Positions 15,374 through 39,084 of a stretch of DNA of 64,000 nt are shown piece by piece. The stretch lies in assembly GCF_009914755.1 (NCBI RefSeq), contig NC_060925.1; one strand, 5' to 3'. Each line of letters begins with the position of its first letter. Within the stretch, counting starts at the first letter, position 1. Origin of the DNA: the human T2T-CHM13v2.0 reference genome, Homo sapiens. Position numbers and translations under genes: made by a program. The notes beneath the pieces are model-generated. The model worked only from the letters and a program-made list of their open reading frames with translations. It was not told the origin of the DNA and searched no databases.

Positions 15374-15444
15374 AGAAGGTACTGGAAAACTGGGCCGAGT
15401 GAACCAGAGATTAGATGGGGTCCAGAGAGCAGGGATGAACTTAC

Positions 15445-16020
15445 CCGTGTGGATTCTGGCAACTCCGGCAGGGAGGGCTCCAGCAGGCGCTGAGGGAAGA
15501 ACTTTCAAGCAGAGCCGGGTCTCTTCAGGAGCGACTGCAGCAACCCTGATGCTTGGATGGAGTCCAGGCAGGTGATGGTAGTGAAGACCTTGCCAACAGA
15601 GTGGGCGCTGGAGAAGGAGCCCTTTAGTGGGGACCCTGGGGCCACGACTAGGCTGGCAGGCCCAGCCAGCACCAATTAATCCATGAGTATTGCCCAGCAT
15701 TGAGCCTGGAGCACCTTCCAGCCCCTGGCCAGAGTCCTGGGTGTTCTGGGAAAAACCCCTAAACCTAGTAACTCCTCTCCCTACTAGGCCTCTTTGTTGC
15801 TGAATCTCTGGAATTTAGGGGCCAGCAGCTTTCTGACTCAGGTCAGCCAGGGGTTCATGTTCCCTCACTTGCCCTCCCCCTGCCTGGCCCATCTCTGGCC
15901 TGGCCCCTGGGAGGAATTTCCTGGGCCAGAGGGCAGCCGAAAGCACAGATGCCCACCCCAGCAACGTTCCCGCCACCTGCCCAGGCCAGTGCCCCGTGCC
16001 CAACCCCAGAGGGTGCGGGA
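15445..16020 (-). ncRNA. ELF3-AS1: Probable 5' part of the divergent antisense lncRNA ELF3-AS1 (boundaries approximate)
   Basis: ELF3-AS1 is known to be transcribed divergently from the ELF3 promoter; a strong minus-strand donor CGG|GTAAGT lies at 15445/15444. Exon structure cannot be established from sequence alone. Confidence 0.35.
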
Positions 16021-16084
16021 TGACAGACTCTGACAATCATTAAACCAGCCGGGCCTGATTTCCCAGCACTGCCTGCTAAGATCC

Positions 16085-16245
16085 GGGCCAAGTGGCACTG
16101 AATATGCAAATCACCTGGGGCCAGGAGCCCAGTCTAAAGGCCAGGAAATCCCCTCCATCCAATGAGACACCAGCTCAGGTTACTGCAGGGGACACACTAT
16201 AAAGCCCTGAGCTCAGGGAGGAGCTCCCTCCAGGCTCTATTTAGA
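16085..16245 (+). promoter_or_regulatory. ELF3: ELF3 core/proximal promoter
   Basis: E-box CAAGTG 16089-16094, octamer ATGCAAAT 16104-16111, NF-kB GGAAATCCCC 16144-16153 (overlaps ETS GGAA), CCAAT 16159-16163, TATAAA 16198-16203. Confidence 0.85.
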
Positions 16246-16351
16246 GCCGGGTAGGGGAGCGCAGCGGCCAGATACCTCAGCGCTACCTGGCGGAACTGGA
16301 TTTCTCTCCCGCCTGCCGGCCTGCCTGCCACAGCCGGACTCCGCCACTCCG
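16235..16351 (+). other. ELF3: ELF3 non-coding exon 1 (TSS approximate; alternative donor at 16465/16466)
   Basis: Follows the TATA box; donors CCG|gtagga and AGC|gtaggt; recalled cDNA joins CTCCG to GTAGCCTCATG. Confidence 0.75.
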
Positions 16352-16781
16352 GTAGGATTCCCCGCCTGTCATTCCCTAGCCCAGCTCTTGGGAAACTGCA
16401 GAGGGGTCCAGAGGATTTGCAGTTCTGAACCTGCACACTCCAGTCTAGGATCTCCGAGCAAGAGCGTAGGTGTCCTGAGGGTCAAAGAACAGAGAGAGAT
16501 TGTCTCTGGGAAGGCAGAATGGCCATGACGCCGCTAGTCTGGCTCCAGGGCCCCAGAGATCTGAGGAGGGAAGCCCAGCTGGAGGCTCCTGTGGTCCTGC
16601 CCTGGTCTGAGATCTTGGAGCCCTTCTTGAAGAGAGGGTGTCCGCAGAGTTGCTGATCTTCCTGCCCCTGGGGGCTACTCTTGCCCAGGGTTGGGCAAAG
16701 CAGAGTAGCTGGGAGTGTAAGGAGAGGACCCTCGTCCCCTCACCAACCTCATCCTCTCTCCCCCTACCCACAGGTAGCCTC

Positions 16782-16944
16782 ATGGCTGCAACCTGTGAGA
16801 TTAGCAACATTTTTAGCAACTACTTCAGTGCGATGTACAGCTCGGAGGACTCCACCCTGGCCTCTGTTCCCCCTGCTGCCACCTTTGGGGCCGATGACTT
16901 GGTACTGACCCTGAGCAACCCCCAGATGTCATTGGAGGGTACAG
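16782..16944 (+). CDS. ELF3: ELF3 (ESE-1/ESX) first coding exon (exon 2)
   Basis: Acceptor cacag|16774, ATG 16782; MAATCEISNIFSNYFSAMYSSEDSTLASVPPAATFGADDLVLTLSNPQMSLEGT; |gtgggt. Confidence 0.96.
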
Positions 16945-17233
16945 GTGGGTCTCAGCGGGGTGGGATGGGGCACGGAGTGGGAGACAGATCCATCTAAGGG
17001 CCTGTTAGACAAATGGGGGAATAGGCAGGGAGGAGGGTCTCTAGGCAAATTCCAGGGCTAGAGGCTGAGACTTAGTGACTGAGGTGCTGGGGGTTGTGGG
17101 GCTGTGACAGGCAGAGGGAGGTGTCAGATACCAGGACAAGGGTGTTGTGAATGCTACCTCCTGCCCCTACTCTTGGGATGGCTCCAAGGGCTGAGGTGTG
17201 AATCCCCAGTGTGCTCCAGGAATGGGGCTGTGT

Positions 17234-17540
<307 letters not shown>

Positions 17541-17602
17541 TGGGGCTGTAAGGTCTGCTGGGTGGCCTGAGCTGAGCCTGTTTCCCTGCCTGGCCCTTGC
17601 AG

Positions 17603-17824
17603 AGAAGGCCAGCTGGTTGGGGGAACAGCCCCAGTTCTGGTCGAAGACGCAGGTTCTGGACTGGATCAGCTACCAAGTGGAGAAGAACAAGTACGACGCA
17701 AGCGCCATTGACTTCTCACGATGTGACATGGATGGCGCCACCCTCTGCAATTGTGCCCTTGAGGAGCTGCGTCTGGTCTTTGGGCCTCTGGGGGACCAAC
17801 TCCATGCCCAGCTGCGAGACCTCA
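17603..17824 (+). CDS. ELF3: ELF3 exon 3, Pointed/SAM domain
   Basis: ttgcag| ... |gtgagt; KASWLGEQPQFWSKTQVLDWISYQVEKNKYDASAIDFSRCDMDGATLCNCALEELRLVFGPLGDQLHAQLRDL. Confidence 0.97.
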
Positions 17825-17989
17825 GTGAGTCCAGGCCCCTGGAGGCTGGGGAGCAGCTCCACATGTTGAGCTGAGTCGAGTTCAGTGTGGCCGTAGGCAG
17901 GCCCTGGAGCTCTGGGCCAGCTGCACAGCCAGAGAGAGCCCTTGAGGGAGGGATTAGGGGAGTGTGACCCTTCCTTCCTTCCTTGTCAG

Positions 17990-18082
17990 CTTCCAGCTCT
18001 TCTGATGAGCTCAGTTGGATCATTGAGCTGCTGGAGAAGGATGGCATGGCCTTCCAGGAGGCCCTAGACCCAGGGCCCTTTG
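17990..18082 (+). CDS. ELF3: ELF3 exon 4, transactivation domain
   Basis: gtcag| ... |gtgaga; SSSSDELSWIIELLEKDGMAFQEALDPGPF. Confidence 0.95.
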
Positions 18083-18285
18083 GTGAGAACCCGTTTTCTC
18101 CTTCCTTCCCCAGCCTGTCTTGTCCCATCCCTGCCCCTCCACAGAGTGCTAGAGATGACCCCCTCCCCAGACTTCTTCCTCCCTCAATTAGAAAAATTGC
18201 AGCAGGTCATCAGACCCATGGGCAGCATCACCTGTCCTGGTCTGGTCCCCTGAGCCCTCTCTGAGTTCTCACCTCCTCTTCCCAG

Positions 18286-18405
18286 ACCAGGGCAGCCCCT
18301 TTGCCCAGGAGCTGCTGGACGACGGTCAGCAAGCCAGCCCCTACCACCCCGGCAGCTGTGGCGCAGGAGCCCCCTCCCCCGGCAGCTCTGACGTCTCCAC
18401 CGCAG
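18286..18405 (+). CDS. ELF3: ELF3 exon 5
   Basis: cccag| ... |gtgaga; QGSPFAQELLDDGQQASPYHPGSCGAGAPSPGSSDVSTA. Confidence 0.95.
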
Positions 18406-18592
18406 GTGAGAGCTCTCTCTGGGCCACAACCTCCCTTCCCCGAAGTGTCCCTTGTTCCCTCTGGCTCCCAGCACCATAACTCAGGCCTTCTGGCAGGAAC
18501 AGGAACAGGCTGGGAAGTGTGTCCTGAGAGCCAGCAGCGTGATTGAGCAGAGGGTGGGCCGGCAGGGGACTTACTCTGACCCCGCCCCCCAG

Positions 18593-18682
18593 GGACTGGT
18601 GCTTCTCGGAGCTCCCACTCCTCAGACTCCGGTGGAAGTGACGTGGACCTGGATCCCACTGATGGCAAGCTCTTCCCCAGCG
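18593..18682 (+). CDS. ELF3: ELF3 exon 6, Ser/Asp-rich (SAR) region
   Basis: cccag| ... |gtgagt; TGASRSSHSSDSGGSDVDLDPTDGKLFPS. Confidence 0.95.
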
Positions 18683-18827
18683 GTGAGTCGAGGGAGGTCC
18701 CCAAGAGGGCGTCCCATTTAGCAATGCACAGGGGGCCCGGCTCTTCCTGCAGCCTTTTCCTGTAGAGGGGCTACTCTCCCTAACTCCCCTCTTGCCCCTC
18801 CTTGACCTTCCACCACCGTCCCCACAG

Positions 18828-18944
18828 ATGGTTTTCGTGACTGCAAGAAGGGGGATCCCAAGCACGGGAAGCGGAAACGAGGCCGGCCCCGAAAGCTGAG
18901 CAAAGAGTACTGGGACTGTCTCGAGGGCAAGAAGAGCAAGCACG
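18828..18944 (+). CDS. ELF3: ELF3 exon 7, AT-hook/NLS
   Basis: cacag| ... |gtgagc; GFRDCKKGDPKHGKRKRGRPRKLSKEYWDCLEGKKSKH. Confidence 0.96.
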
Positions 18945-19474
18945 GTGAGCTCCGGGGGCACGTGGGTCCTCCCTGCGCCGGGCTGAGCGGCTTCCTGGGG
19001 CACTGCGGGTTGTTGCAGGTATCCCTTCTCCCGTTTTCTCTGGCCTCCGCATGGCCTTTGGTAAGGCTGTGCACAAGCTGGGGGCTCTATGGTATCGGTC
19101 ACCACCTAATTGCAGAGCCTGGCTTGGTGGTCCTGGAGAGGAGGAGGAAATAAGGCTCCCAGTGGGAGGCTCATGGTACCAGAGTCCTGTCCACTGACTC
19201 CAGTGTCCTGTCCACTGACTCCAGTTCTCTCTGCACTTGGCCACTGTCCTGCCCTCTGGGACACCCTCAATGTGAGGAGGCAGCTGGTGGGTCTTAGGTG
19301 GGCTGAGGAGAAAAGCAGTCACTGCAGTACCCGCACAGAGGGCACTGCGGGGTCTCTGGAGAGGCTTGCTGCATGCTGTGGCCAAGTCAGCAGTGCACTG
19401 GGGCGGGCAGGGCTGGCTGGCCTTGGGTGAGAGGGGACACCTGGATGGCAAACTGATGGAGGCTGGCCTTGCAG

Positions 19475-19670
19475 CGCCCAGAGGCACCCACCTGTGGGAG
19501 TTCATCCGGGACATCCTCATCCACCCGGAGCTCAACGAGGGCCTCATGAAGTGGGAGAATCGGCATGAAGGCGTCTTCAAGTTCCTGCGCTCCGAGGCTG
19601 TGGCCCAACTATGGGGCCAAAAGAAAAAGAACAGCAACATGACCTACGAGAAGCTGAGCCGGGCCATGAG
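19475..19670 (+). CDS. ELF3: ELF3 exon 8, ETS domain N-terminal part
   Basis: ttgcag| ... |gtgagc; PRGTHLWEFIRDILIHPELNEGLMKWENRHEGVFKFLRSEAVAQLWGQKKKNSNMTYEKLSRAMR. Confidence 0.97.
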
Positions 19671-20096
19671 GTGAGCTGGCGGCCAGGACCCTCACGATAC
19701 AGCCGGACATGGGGACAGGCGCTCACACTCCCACCGCCCTCTTTCTGGCTGCCACTTGGCTTCTTGCAACAGGGCTGAGTCCTTAGAGTGAGGACAACAT
19801 CTGGGTTGGTCTACTTCATGGATTAAATGACAACATGGAGAAAGTATTAGCCTGGCAGACAGCAGACACAGTGCACTTGAGCTAGCAGCAACATTTCTTG
19901 TATCGCCTGTGAGGCTTGTCCTCAGGAAGGCACCTGGAGAGTGGGAAAGGGGGCAGGAGCCGTGCCCACCCAGGGCCTGGCTTTCTCCTCGTTGAAGCAC
20001 TTAGGTTGTTTTTCTCTGGGCCTCAGTTTCCTCCTGTGTCCAGGAGTACACTAGATCATCTTAAGATCCCGTCCAGCCCTAAAATCATGTACTTAC

Positions 20097-20552
20097 TTTT
20101 TTTTTCTTTTTCTTTTTTAAATAGAGGCAAGGGTCTCTACGTTGGCCAGGCCGGTCTCAAACTCCTGGCCTCAAATGACTCTCCTGCCTCGGCCTCTCAA
20201 AGTGCTGGGATTACAGGTGTGAGCCAGTATGCTTGGCCTTTTCTTTTTTCTTCTTCTTCTTTTTATTTTTCGAGACAGGGTCTCGCTCTGTCACCCAGGC
20301 TAGAGTGCAGTGGCACAATCTTGGCTCGCTACAACCTCTGCCTGCCGGGTTCAAGTGATTCTTGTGCCTCAGCCTCCAAGTAGCTGGGATTACAGGCACC
20401 TGCCACCATGCCCAGCTAATTTTTGTATTTTTAGTAGAGACGGGGGTTTCACCATGTTGGCTAGGCTGGTCTCGAACTCCTGACCTCAAGTGATCCGCCC
20501 GCCTCAGCCTCCCAAAGTGCTGGAATTACAGGTGTGAGCCACCGTGCCCAGC
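20097..20552 (-). mobile_element. Antisense Alu monomer plus full Alu in ELF3 intron 8
   Basis: Poly-T followed by reverse-complement Alu consensus, twice. Confidence 0.9.
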
Positions 20553-20854
20553 TCCCTGGCCTTAAAAGTCATGTAATTTAATGATCAGACCCCAGTCACA
20601 GCCATAGGATACAAAGAAGCAAAGGCAAAGAGCCCTGTGTCCTGGGCACGGTTACAGGCCAGTGTAGGGAAAGAGCTTCTGCTTGCCAGTGTGAAGAACA
20701 GAGGAGTTTAGGAAGTGTGAGTCAGGCTCAGCTTAGTCAGGCAGAGACCAGTGGGCATGGGTTACCTGGGGGTAACGCGGGCCAGGTGGGCGGGCTGGCA
20801 GCCTGGGGCCCATTTCCTGCCAAAGCACCTCTGACCATCCTTCTCTTCACCCAG

Positions 20855-20969
20855 GTACTACTACAAACGGGAGATCCTGGAACGGGTGGATGGCCGGCGA
20901 CTCGTCTACAAGTTTGGCAAAAACTCAAGCGGCTGGAAGGAGGAAGAGGTTCTCCAGAGTCGGAACTGA
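20855..20969 (+). CDS. ELF3: ELF3 exon 9 coding part, ETS domain C-terminal part
   Basis: cccag|; [37 protein letters not shown]; coding exons total 1116 nt = 371 aa + stop. Confidence 0.97.
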
Positions 20970-21623
20970 GGGTTGGAACTATACCCGGGACCAAACTCAC
21001 GGACCACTCGAGGCCTGCAAACCTTCCTGGGAGGACAGGCAGGCCAGATGGCCCCTCCACTGGGGAATGCTCCCAGCTGTGCTGTGGAGAGAAGCTGATG
21101 TTTTGGTGTATTGTCAGCCATCGTCCTGGGACTCGGAGACTATGGCCTCGCCTCCCCACCCTCCTCTTGGAATTACAAGCCCTGGGGTTTGAAGCTGACT
21201 TTATAGCTGCAAGTGTATCTCCTTTTATCTGGTGCCTCCTCAAACCCAGTCTCAGACACTAAATGCAGACAACACCTTCCTCCTGCAGACACCTGGACTG
21301 AGCCAAGGAGGCCTGGGGAGGCCCTAGGGGAGCACCGTGATGGAGAGGACAGAGCAGGGGCTCCAGCACCTTCTTTCTGGACTGGCGTTCACCTCCCTGC
21401 TCAGTGCTTGGGCTCCACGGGCAGGGGTCAGAGCACTCCCTAATTTATGTGCTATATAAATATGTCAGATGTACATAGAGATCTATTTTTTCTAAAACAT
21501 TCCCCTCCCCACTCCTCTCCCACAGAGTGCTGGACTGTTCCAGGCCCTCCAGTGGGCTGATGCTGGGACCCTTAGGATGGGGCTCCCAGCTCCTTTCTCC
21601 TGTGAATGGAGGCAGAGACCTCC

Positions 21624-21629
21624 AATAAA
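21624..21629 (+). terminator. ELF3: ELF3 proximal polyadenylation signal
   Basis: AATAAA followed by U/GU-rich sequence; weaker distal signals (ATTAAA 22725-22730) could give a long 3'UTR. Confidence 0.8.
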
Positions 21630-22254
21630 GTGCCTTCTGGGCTTTTTCTAACCTTTGTCTTAGCTACCTGTGTACTGAAATTTGGGCCTTTGGATCGAAT
21701 ATGGTCAAGAGGTTGGAGGGGAGGAAAATGAAGGTCTACCAGGCTGAGGGTGAGGGCAAAGGCTGACGAAGAGGGGAGTTACAGATTTCCTGTAGCAGGT
21801 GTGGGCTTACAGACACATGGACTGGGCTGGGAGGCGAGCAAAGGAAGCAGCTGAGACTGTTGGAGAACGCTTACAAGACTTCATGCAAGCAAGGACATGA
21901 ACTCAGAACACTGAGGTCAGAAGCATCCTGCTGTCATGACACCGCTCGAGTGACCTTGACCTTGACCAAGTCTGTCCTGTTTAGGACTGATTTTTCCTAT
22001 TAGGCTAGGGTTTGGACCTGATGTTCTCAAGATGTCTAGAATTGCATGGCTGGCCTTGTGGAATAGATGGTTTTGCATTCCAGCCAAGTGTGCTGTAAAC
22101 TGTATATCTGTAATATGAATCCCAGCTTTTGAGTCTGACAAAATCAGAGTTAGGATCTTGTAAAGGAAAAAAAAAAAAAACAAAACAAAATGGAGATGAG
22201 TACTTGCTGAGAAAGAATGAGGGAAGGAGTTGGCATTTGTTGAAAGTGTAGTCT

Positions 22255-22392
22255 TTTTCTCTTTTTTTTTTAATTGCAACTTTTACTTTAGATTTAGGAG
22301 GTCGTGCGCAGGTTTGTTACATGGGTATATTGTGTGATGCTGAGCTTGGGATGCGAATGATCCTGTCACCCAGGTAGTGAGTATAGCACCCA
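22255..22392 (-). mobile_element. L1P 3' end fragment (antisense) in the ELF3 distal 3' region
   Basis: gcaggtttgttacatgggtatattgtgtgatgctgag...cacccaggtagtgagtatag matches the reverse complement of a primate L1 3' terminus. Confidence 0.75.
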
Positions 22393-23180
22393 GTGAAACT
22401 GTAGTCTCATGCCAGGCACTGTGCTAGCCCACTCTGGCTCATTTAATCCTCTCCTAAGAAGAGAGGAGACACAGCGTCCCCATTTGACAGATGCAGAAAG
22501 AGGTTCCACAGGTGTGCCTTGATTCTGTCCTAAAACCGTTTCCCGGAAGCTTTTCCTGGTGTGGGCGCTTCTAACCTAATCCTCAATCGATTCCAGAACT
22601 ATTACTCTGTTTCCACAGTGATACTGTGTCTAGGTTTTAGGGAGGACAGTTCATTGATGTTACTTAAGAATGCTTTCCAGGTGGAAAGTTCCTTAAGTTT
22701 GAGGCTTCAAATTCCATACAGCACATTAAAATCCCATTCATGAGTTTGAAATACTGCTCTGTTGTCTTGGAAATACCAATCAGATTGTTGGCTGAAGTGA
22801 TGTGGATAAAGAAGGGATCTTAGAAAAACTAAAGCTTGTGTGTGGATTTCTGGAAATGCAGCTTGCTCTGGAGAAGCAAGGAATGGTGGAAAAGGAGAGT
22901 GGGGAAGTTGATTGGAGAGGAAAGTGAGGTCATGCGAGAACCCAGAATCCTGGAGCCATTTGGAAAAAGGCTTTTACTTACATTTCCCTTCTGAAGTGTG
23001 AGCCAGTTAGACAAAGGGGATGCGGGCCAGGGCGTAGGTCTAGCCTCAGAAGCTGGGGAAGCTTTCACAGCTACTTAGTCTAAAAATGACCCCATTTCTT
23101 GGAAATTATGCATTAGACTCTGGTCTAGTTTCCCTAGCCACAATATCTCGGGGTCCTTGCACCCTTAAAAGAGGTGACCC

Positions 23181-34125
<10,945 letters not shown>

Positions 34126-34243
34126 TTAATGCCTTTCCATATTGCCTGAATTTTCCTTTACAAAAAGCCTGTATTTCTGTTAAAATAAAAAAGAAGACAT
34201 CCTGTAGGATGTAGTTGGAAGGGGGGGAAAAAAAGAAGAAAAT

Positions 34244-34834
34244 GAGGCGGGAAAGGGTGCAGGGTTTGAAACATGGCGGACGACGCAGACCAGAAACGCA
34301 CTACCGACACTGTAGAGGAGCCCCTGGATCTTATCAGGCTAGGCCTAGATGAGCTAATTACTTTATTTTATTTATTTATTTTTTTGAGACGGAGTCTCGC
34401 TCTGTCGCCCGGGCTGGAGTGCAGTGTCGCAATCTCGGCTCACTGCAAGCTCCGCCTCCCGGGTTCACGCCATTCTCCTGCCTCAGCCTCCTGAGTAGCT
34501 GGGACTACAGGCGCCCGCCACCACGCCCGGCTAATTTTTTGTATTTTTAGTAGAGACGGGGTTTCACCATGTTTGCCAGGATGGTCTCGATCTCCTGACC
34601 TCGTGATCTGCCCGTCTTGGCCTCCCAAAGTGCTGGGATTACAGGTGTGAGCCACTACGCCTGTCGTAACTCACAACTTCTTAAGCTAAATGGTATTTTC
34701 AGTTTTCTCAAGCTCTTCCAATAAACATGACCAAGATGCAGAACTCTTTTTCAGGACTTGTTTTGCTCCATTATTCTCACAGATATTTTTCTGATTTTTT
34801 TTTCTTTAAATTAAAATTGGTGTTTCCTCGGGGG
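34244..34834 (+). pseudogene. LSM3 processed pseudogene (5'UTR, ~29 codons, Alu-replaced middle, 3'UTR)
   Basis: ORF 34273 [29 protein letters not shown] versus LSM3 [29 protein letters not shown]; 3'UTR-like sequence with AATAAA after the Alu; flanking direct repeat aaaaaaagaagaaaat (34228-34243 / 34837-34852). Confidence 0.88.
34362..34665 (-). mobile_element. AluY-like element inside the LSM3 retrocopy
   Basis: CpG-rich reverse Alu with AluY diagnostics (gcaagctccgcc, cgccattctcc). Confidence 0.88.
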
Positions 34835-36242
34835 AAAAAAAAAGAAGAAAATTCTTCCTTCGTTTTGAAAAATAAACATTAGTAATTCAAAAAAAGTAAA
34901 ATAAACAACATGTCTATATTTGGAATGAGTTAACCAAAGTATGACTCATCTATTTCTACTATGGAATACTATGCCTTCATTAAAAATGATGATTCATTGA
35001 AGAATCTGCTTTGTGCCAGGCATTGATGATATAAAAGAAACCAAGATGAGGACTCTCCCCTCTTGAGGTTATATGAGTAAACAGATGCTTAACACATAAT
35101 GGGAATAATTGTATGACAAAAGTATCTATAGTGACACTGAAACCACAGAGAAGAACACAGACTCTGGAACCAGGTGCGCGGGGGTTCTGGGAAGATAAGT
35201 AGGAACTCACCAGGGCACAGAGATGGGGGTCACCTAGGCAGAAAGAACATCACGTGCAAAGGTCAAGATGCATGAAATGGTACGATTTAAACAGAGGACA
35301 GGAAGAAATTGAATAGGATAGGAGCCTAGCATTTCAGGCAGGAGTGGCCAAAAATGAGGCTGAGAGATTTGTAGATCATGAAATGTAAGGTAACAGAGTC
35401 AAAATAGCTTTTTGGTAATGTCTCACTGATGGCAATGTGGAGGGTAGCATGATGGGATAGTATTAAAGAAAGGACACCACCCAGAAAGCTGTTACAGTTC
35501 CCAAGAAAAGGGGATGAGGGCCTGAGTGGCAGCAATGACAGTGGAGATGAGGACTGGAGTGGAGCAAAGGGTCAGGAGACATCACAGAGGTCTAAAGGGC
35601 AGGACTTGGTGAGAGGTTAAGGGGAGGGCAGAGTCAAGATAACACAGAGAGTCTGACATGTGGCTGGGTAGGCCAGGCTCCGGTCCTTAGGAGGAAGAAC
35701 AGATTGGGGGCTGGATCTGATTACTGCGCTTTGAGGGGCCTGAGATATTCTGTAGGCAGATATGTTCAGAGGGAGGCTTGGGTCAAAAAGTAGCTTTTAG
35801 GGTCTTGAAGCATTTAAATGATAGTTGAAGCCAAGGGTTTGAACACTAATCAGGGAAAATGGACAGAAAAATACAGGGGAAAACAGTCCAGGGATAGAGC
35901 TTCTGTATGTTTAGGGGCTAAATGGAGAAAGAAGAGCTGGTAGATTGAGAAGGTGAGATCAACTAGGTAGGAAGAAAACAAAAACCAGGGAGGATGGTGT
36001 CAGAGACACCCAAGAAGTAGAAACCTCAAGGTAGAAGTAGTCAATAGTATCAAATGTCAAAAGACGCTCATAGGCCAGGCACGGTGGCTCACACCTGTAA
36101 TCCCAGCACTTTGGGAGGCTGAGGCGGGCAGATCATGAGGTCAGAAGTTCGAGACCAGCCTGACCAACATGATGAAACCCCATCTCTACTAAAAATACAA
36201 AAATCAGCTGGGCATGGTGGCGTGCGCCTGTAATCTCAGCTA

Positions 36243-36560
<318 letters not shown>

Positions 36561-36656
36561 CTCTTTCTCTATATATATAGTCCTGCTGGGCACGGTGGCT
36601 CACTCCTGTAATCCCAGCACTTTGGGAGACTGAGGCGGGTGGATCACCTGAGGTCA

Positions 36657-36896
<240 letters not shown>

Positions 36897-37441
36897 TTAA
36901 AACAAAAGAAATCATTTCCAGGCAAAGAGAAGATCCAGGGCACTGTCAGGAAACATTGTCTAAAGATGAATCAAGGATGTGACTGAAAATCCCTTTGTTA
37001 AGACTTCAGGGGGCTTGTCCTCCACATTAATTCAACTGTAGACTCCCTTGGTCATCTCTTAATCCTTGTCATTACCAGACACTGAACACCTTAATATTCT
37101 CAATTTCACTCTGGCCACTGCCTCTCGTTTTTATAGCTCACCTCTGTGGAATTACAACTCCAGCACTCCTTCAGTTTCACAGGGATATCTAATCCACTGA
37201 CCATTCTGTCTTTTCTCTGTCCCTCATCCCTTCAAGTTTTCTCTCCCCTCTTTACCCAGATTACATTCTATGATCGGTCATTACAATCACTTTCTTTCAG
37301 AAACCCTGAACTCTCTTGGCCCCTTTTGCTTTGTGTTTCTCACTTGGCAGAACCACAATCTTGATAAAATCCAACCCTCTGTCCGTTCTGAGTATGCACC
37401 TGCGCTGATTAACAGACACATTGACTGTTCTCAGTCTAAAT

Positions 37442-37686
37442 TGGTGGTTCTCTGTAGGGAGCAGCTTTGTACCTGGCACCCCCCACCACCCCCACCGCCA
37501 CCGCCCCTGTCAGGGACATCAGTGTTTGGAGACATTTTTATTATCACACCTGAGGGTAGGTGCTACAGGTATTTAGTGGGTAGAGAGCCCAGCCGTGTTA
37601 AGCATCCTGTAGCTCACAGGCCAGCTCCCCACAACAAACACTTAACTGGCCTAAAATGTCAACAGTGCTGAGATTGAGAAACGCTT
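37442..37686 (+). mobile_element. MER20 (hAT-Charlie) DNA transposon within an L2 remnant
   Basis: Termini tggtggttctc / gagaaacgctt, internal aaatgtcaacagtgctgag; 8-bp TSD gtctaaat / ctctaaat. Confidence 0.8.
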
Positions 37687-38663
37687 CTCTAAATTATTGA
37701 TCATGAATTTCATGTGGGCCCTAGTGTTACCTGACAATCATACTACCTTTCCCAAGTTGACTCACCCTCTTGTTTTCTCAGAGGAATATTTTATACCTTC
37801 TCTCTCATCAAAACTTCATCTGCTTTCCACTTCTCACTTGGTGGAGGATCTTGCCTCTTAGTTCACTGAGAAAATGGAAGCGACCAGATGAGGACTCCCT
37901 CCAATGTCTCACCCCTGCACCCACCCGCCTACCAGCCTCCACGCCTAAACCCTCTGCCTTCTCTCCTGTTACTGCAGATGACTGGCTGAGCTCCTGGCTG
38001 AGGCTAACCCCTCCGCTTGTGCACTAAATCCCCTCCCATCTCGCCTACCCAAGGACAGTGCTCCAGCAACTCTCTCCCTTCTCAAAAATTTCCTTTTTAC
38101 TTGATTATTTACATTGGCATATAAACGTATTATAATTTCTCCCATCTTAAAAACAGGCTGGGCACAGCGGCTCACACCTGTAATCCTAGCACTTTAGGAG
38201 GCCTAAGGAGGATCGCTTGAGGCCGAGAGTTTGAGACCAGCCTGGTCAACATAGGGAGACTCCGGTCTCTACAAAAAATTTTTAAAAGTTAGCAAGGGCT
38301 GGGCACAGTGGCTCATGCCTGTAATCCCAGCACTTTGGGAGGCTGAGGGAAGCAGATCACTTGAGGCCAGGAGTTCAAGACCAGTCTAGCCAACATGGTA
38401 AAACCCTGTCTCTACTAAAAATACAAAAATTAGCTGGGCGTGGTGGTGCACACCTGTAGACCCAGCTACTCAGGAGGCTGAGGCAAGAGAATCGCTTGAA
38501 CCAGGAGGCAGAGGCTGCAGTGAACCAAGACTGTGCCACTGCACTCCAGCCTGGGCAACAGAGCGAGACTCCGTCTCAAAAAACAACAAAACAAACTTAA
38601 GTCATGGTGGCGCACGCTTGTACTCCTCGCTACTCAAGAGGCTGAGGCAGGAGGATGGCTTGA

Positions 38664-38981
<318 letters not shown>

Positions 38982-39084
38982 TGATCCACCCGCCTCAGCC
39001 TCCCAAAGTGCTGGGATTACAAGCGTGAGCCACCATGCCCAGCAAGACCCAGTCTCTTAAAAAAAAAAAAAAAACAGCAACAAA

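Noticed and set aside
16638-16781. In-frame GTG-initiated N-terminal extension of ELF3
   Set aside because: Almost entirely within intron 1, upstream of the acceptor at 16774; would require intron retention
17670-19640. Long minus-strand ORFs (152, 158, 254, 286 aa) over ELF3
   Set aside because: Antisense shadows of GC-rich coding exons and introns; mostly non-ATG starts, no domain similarity
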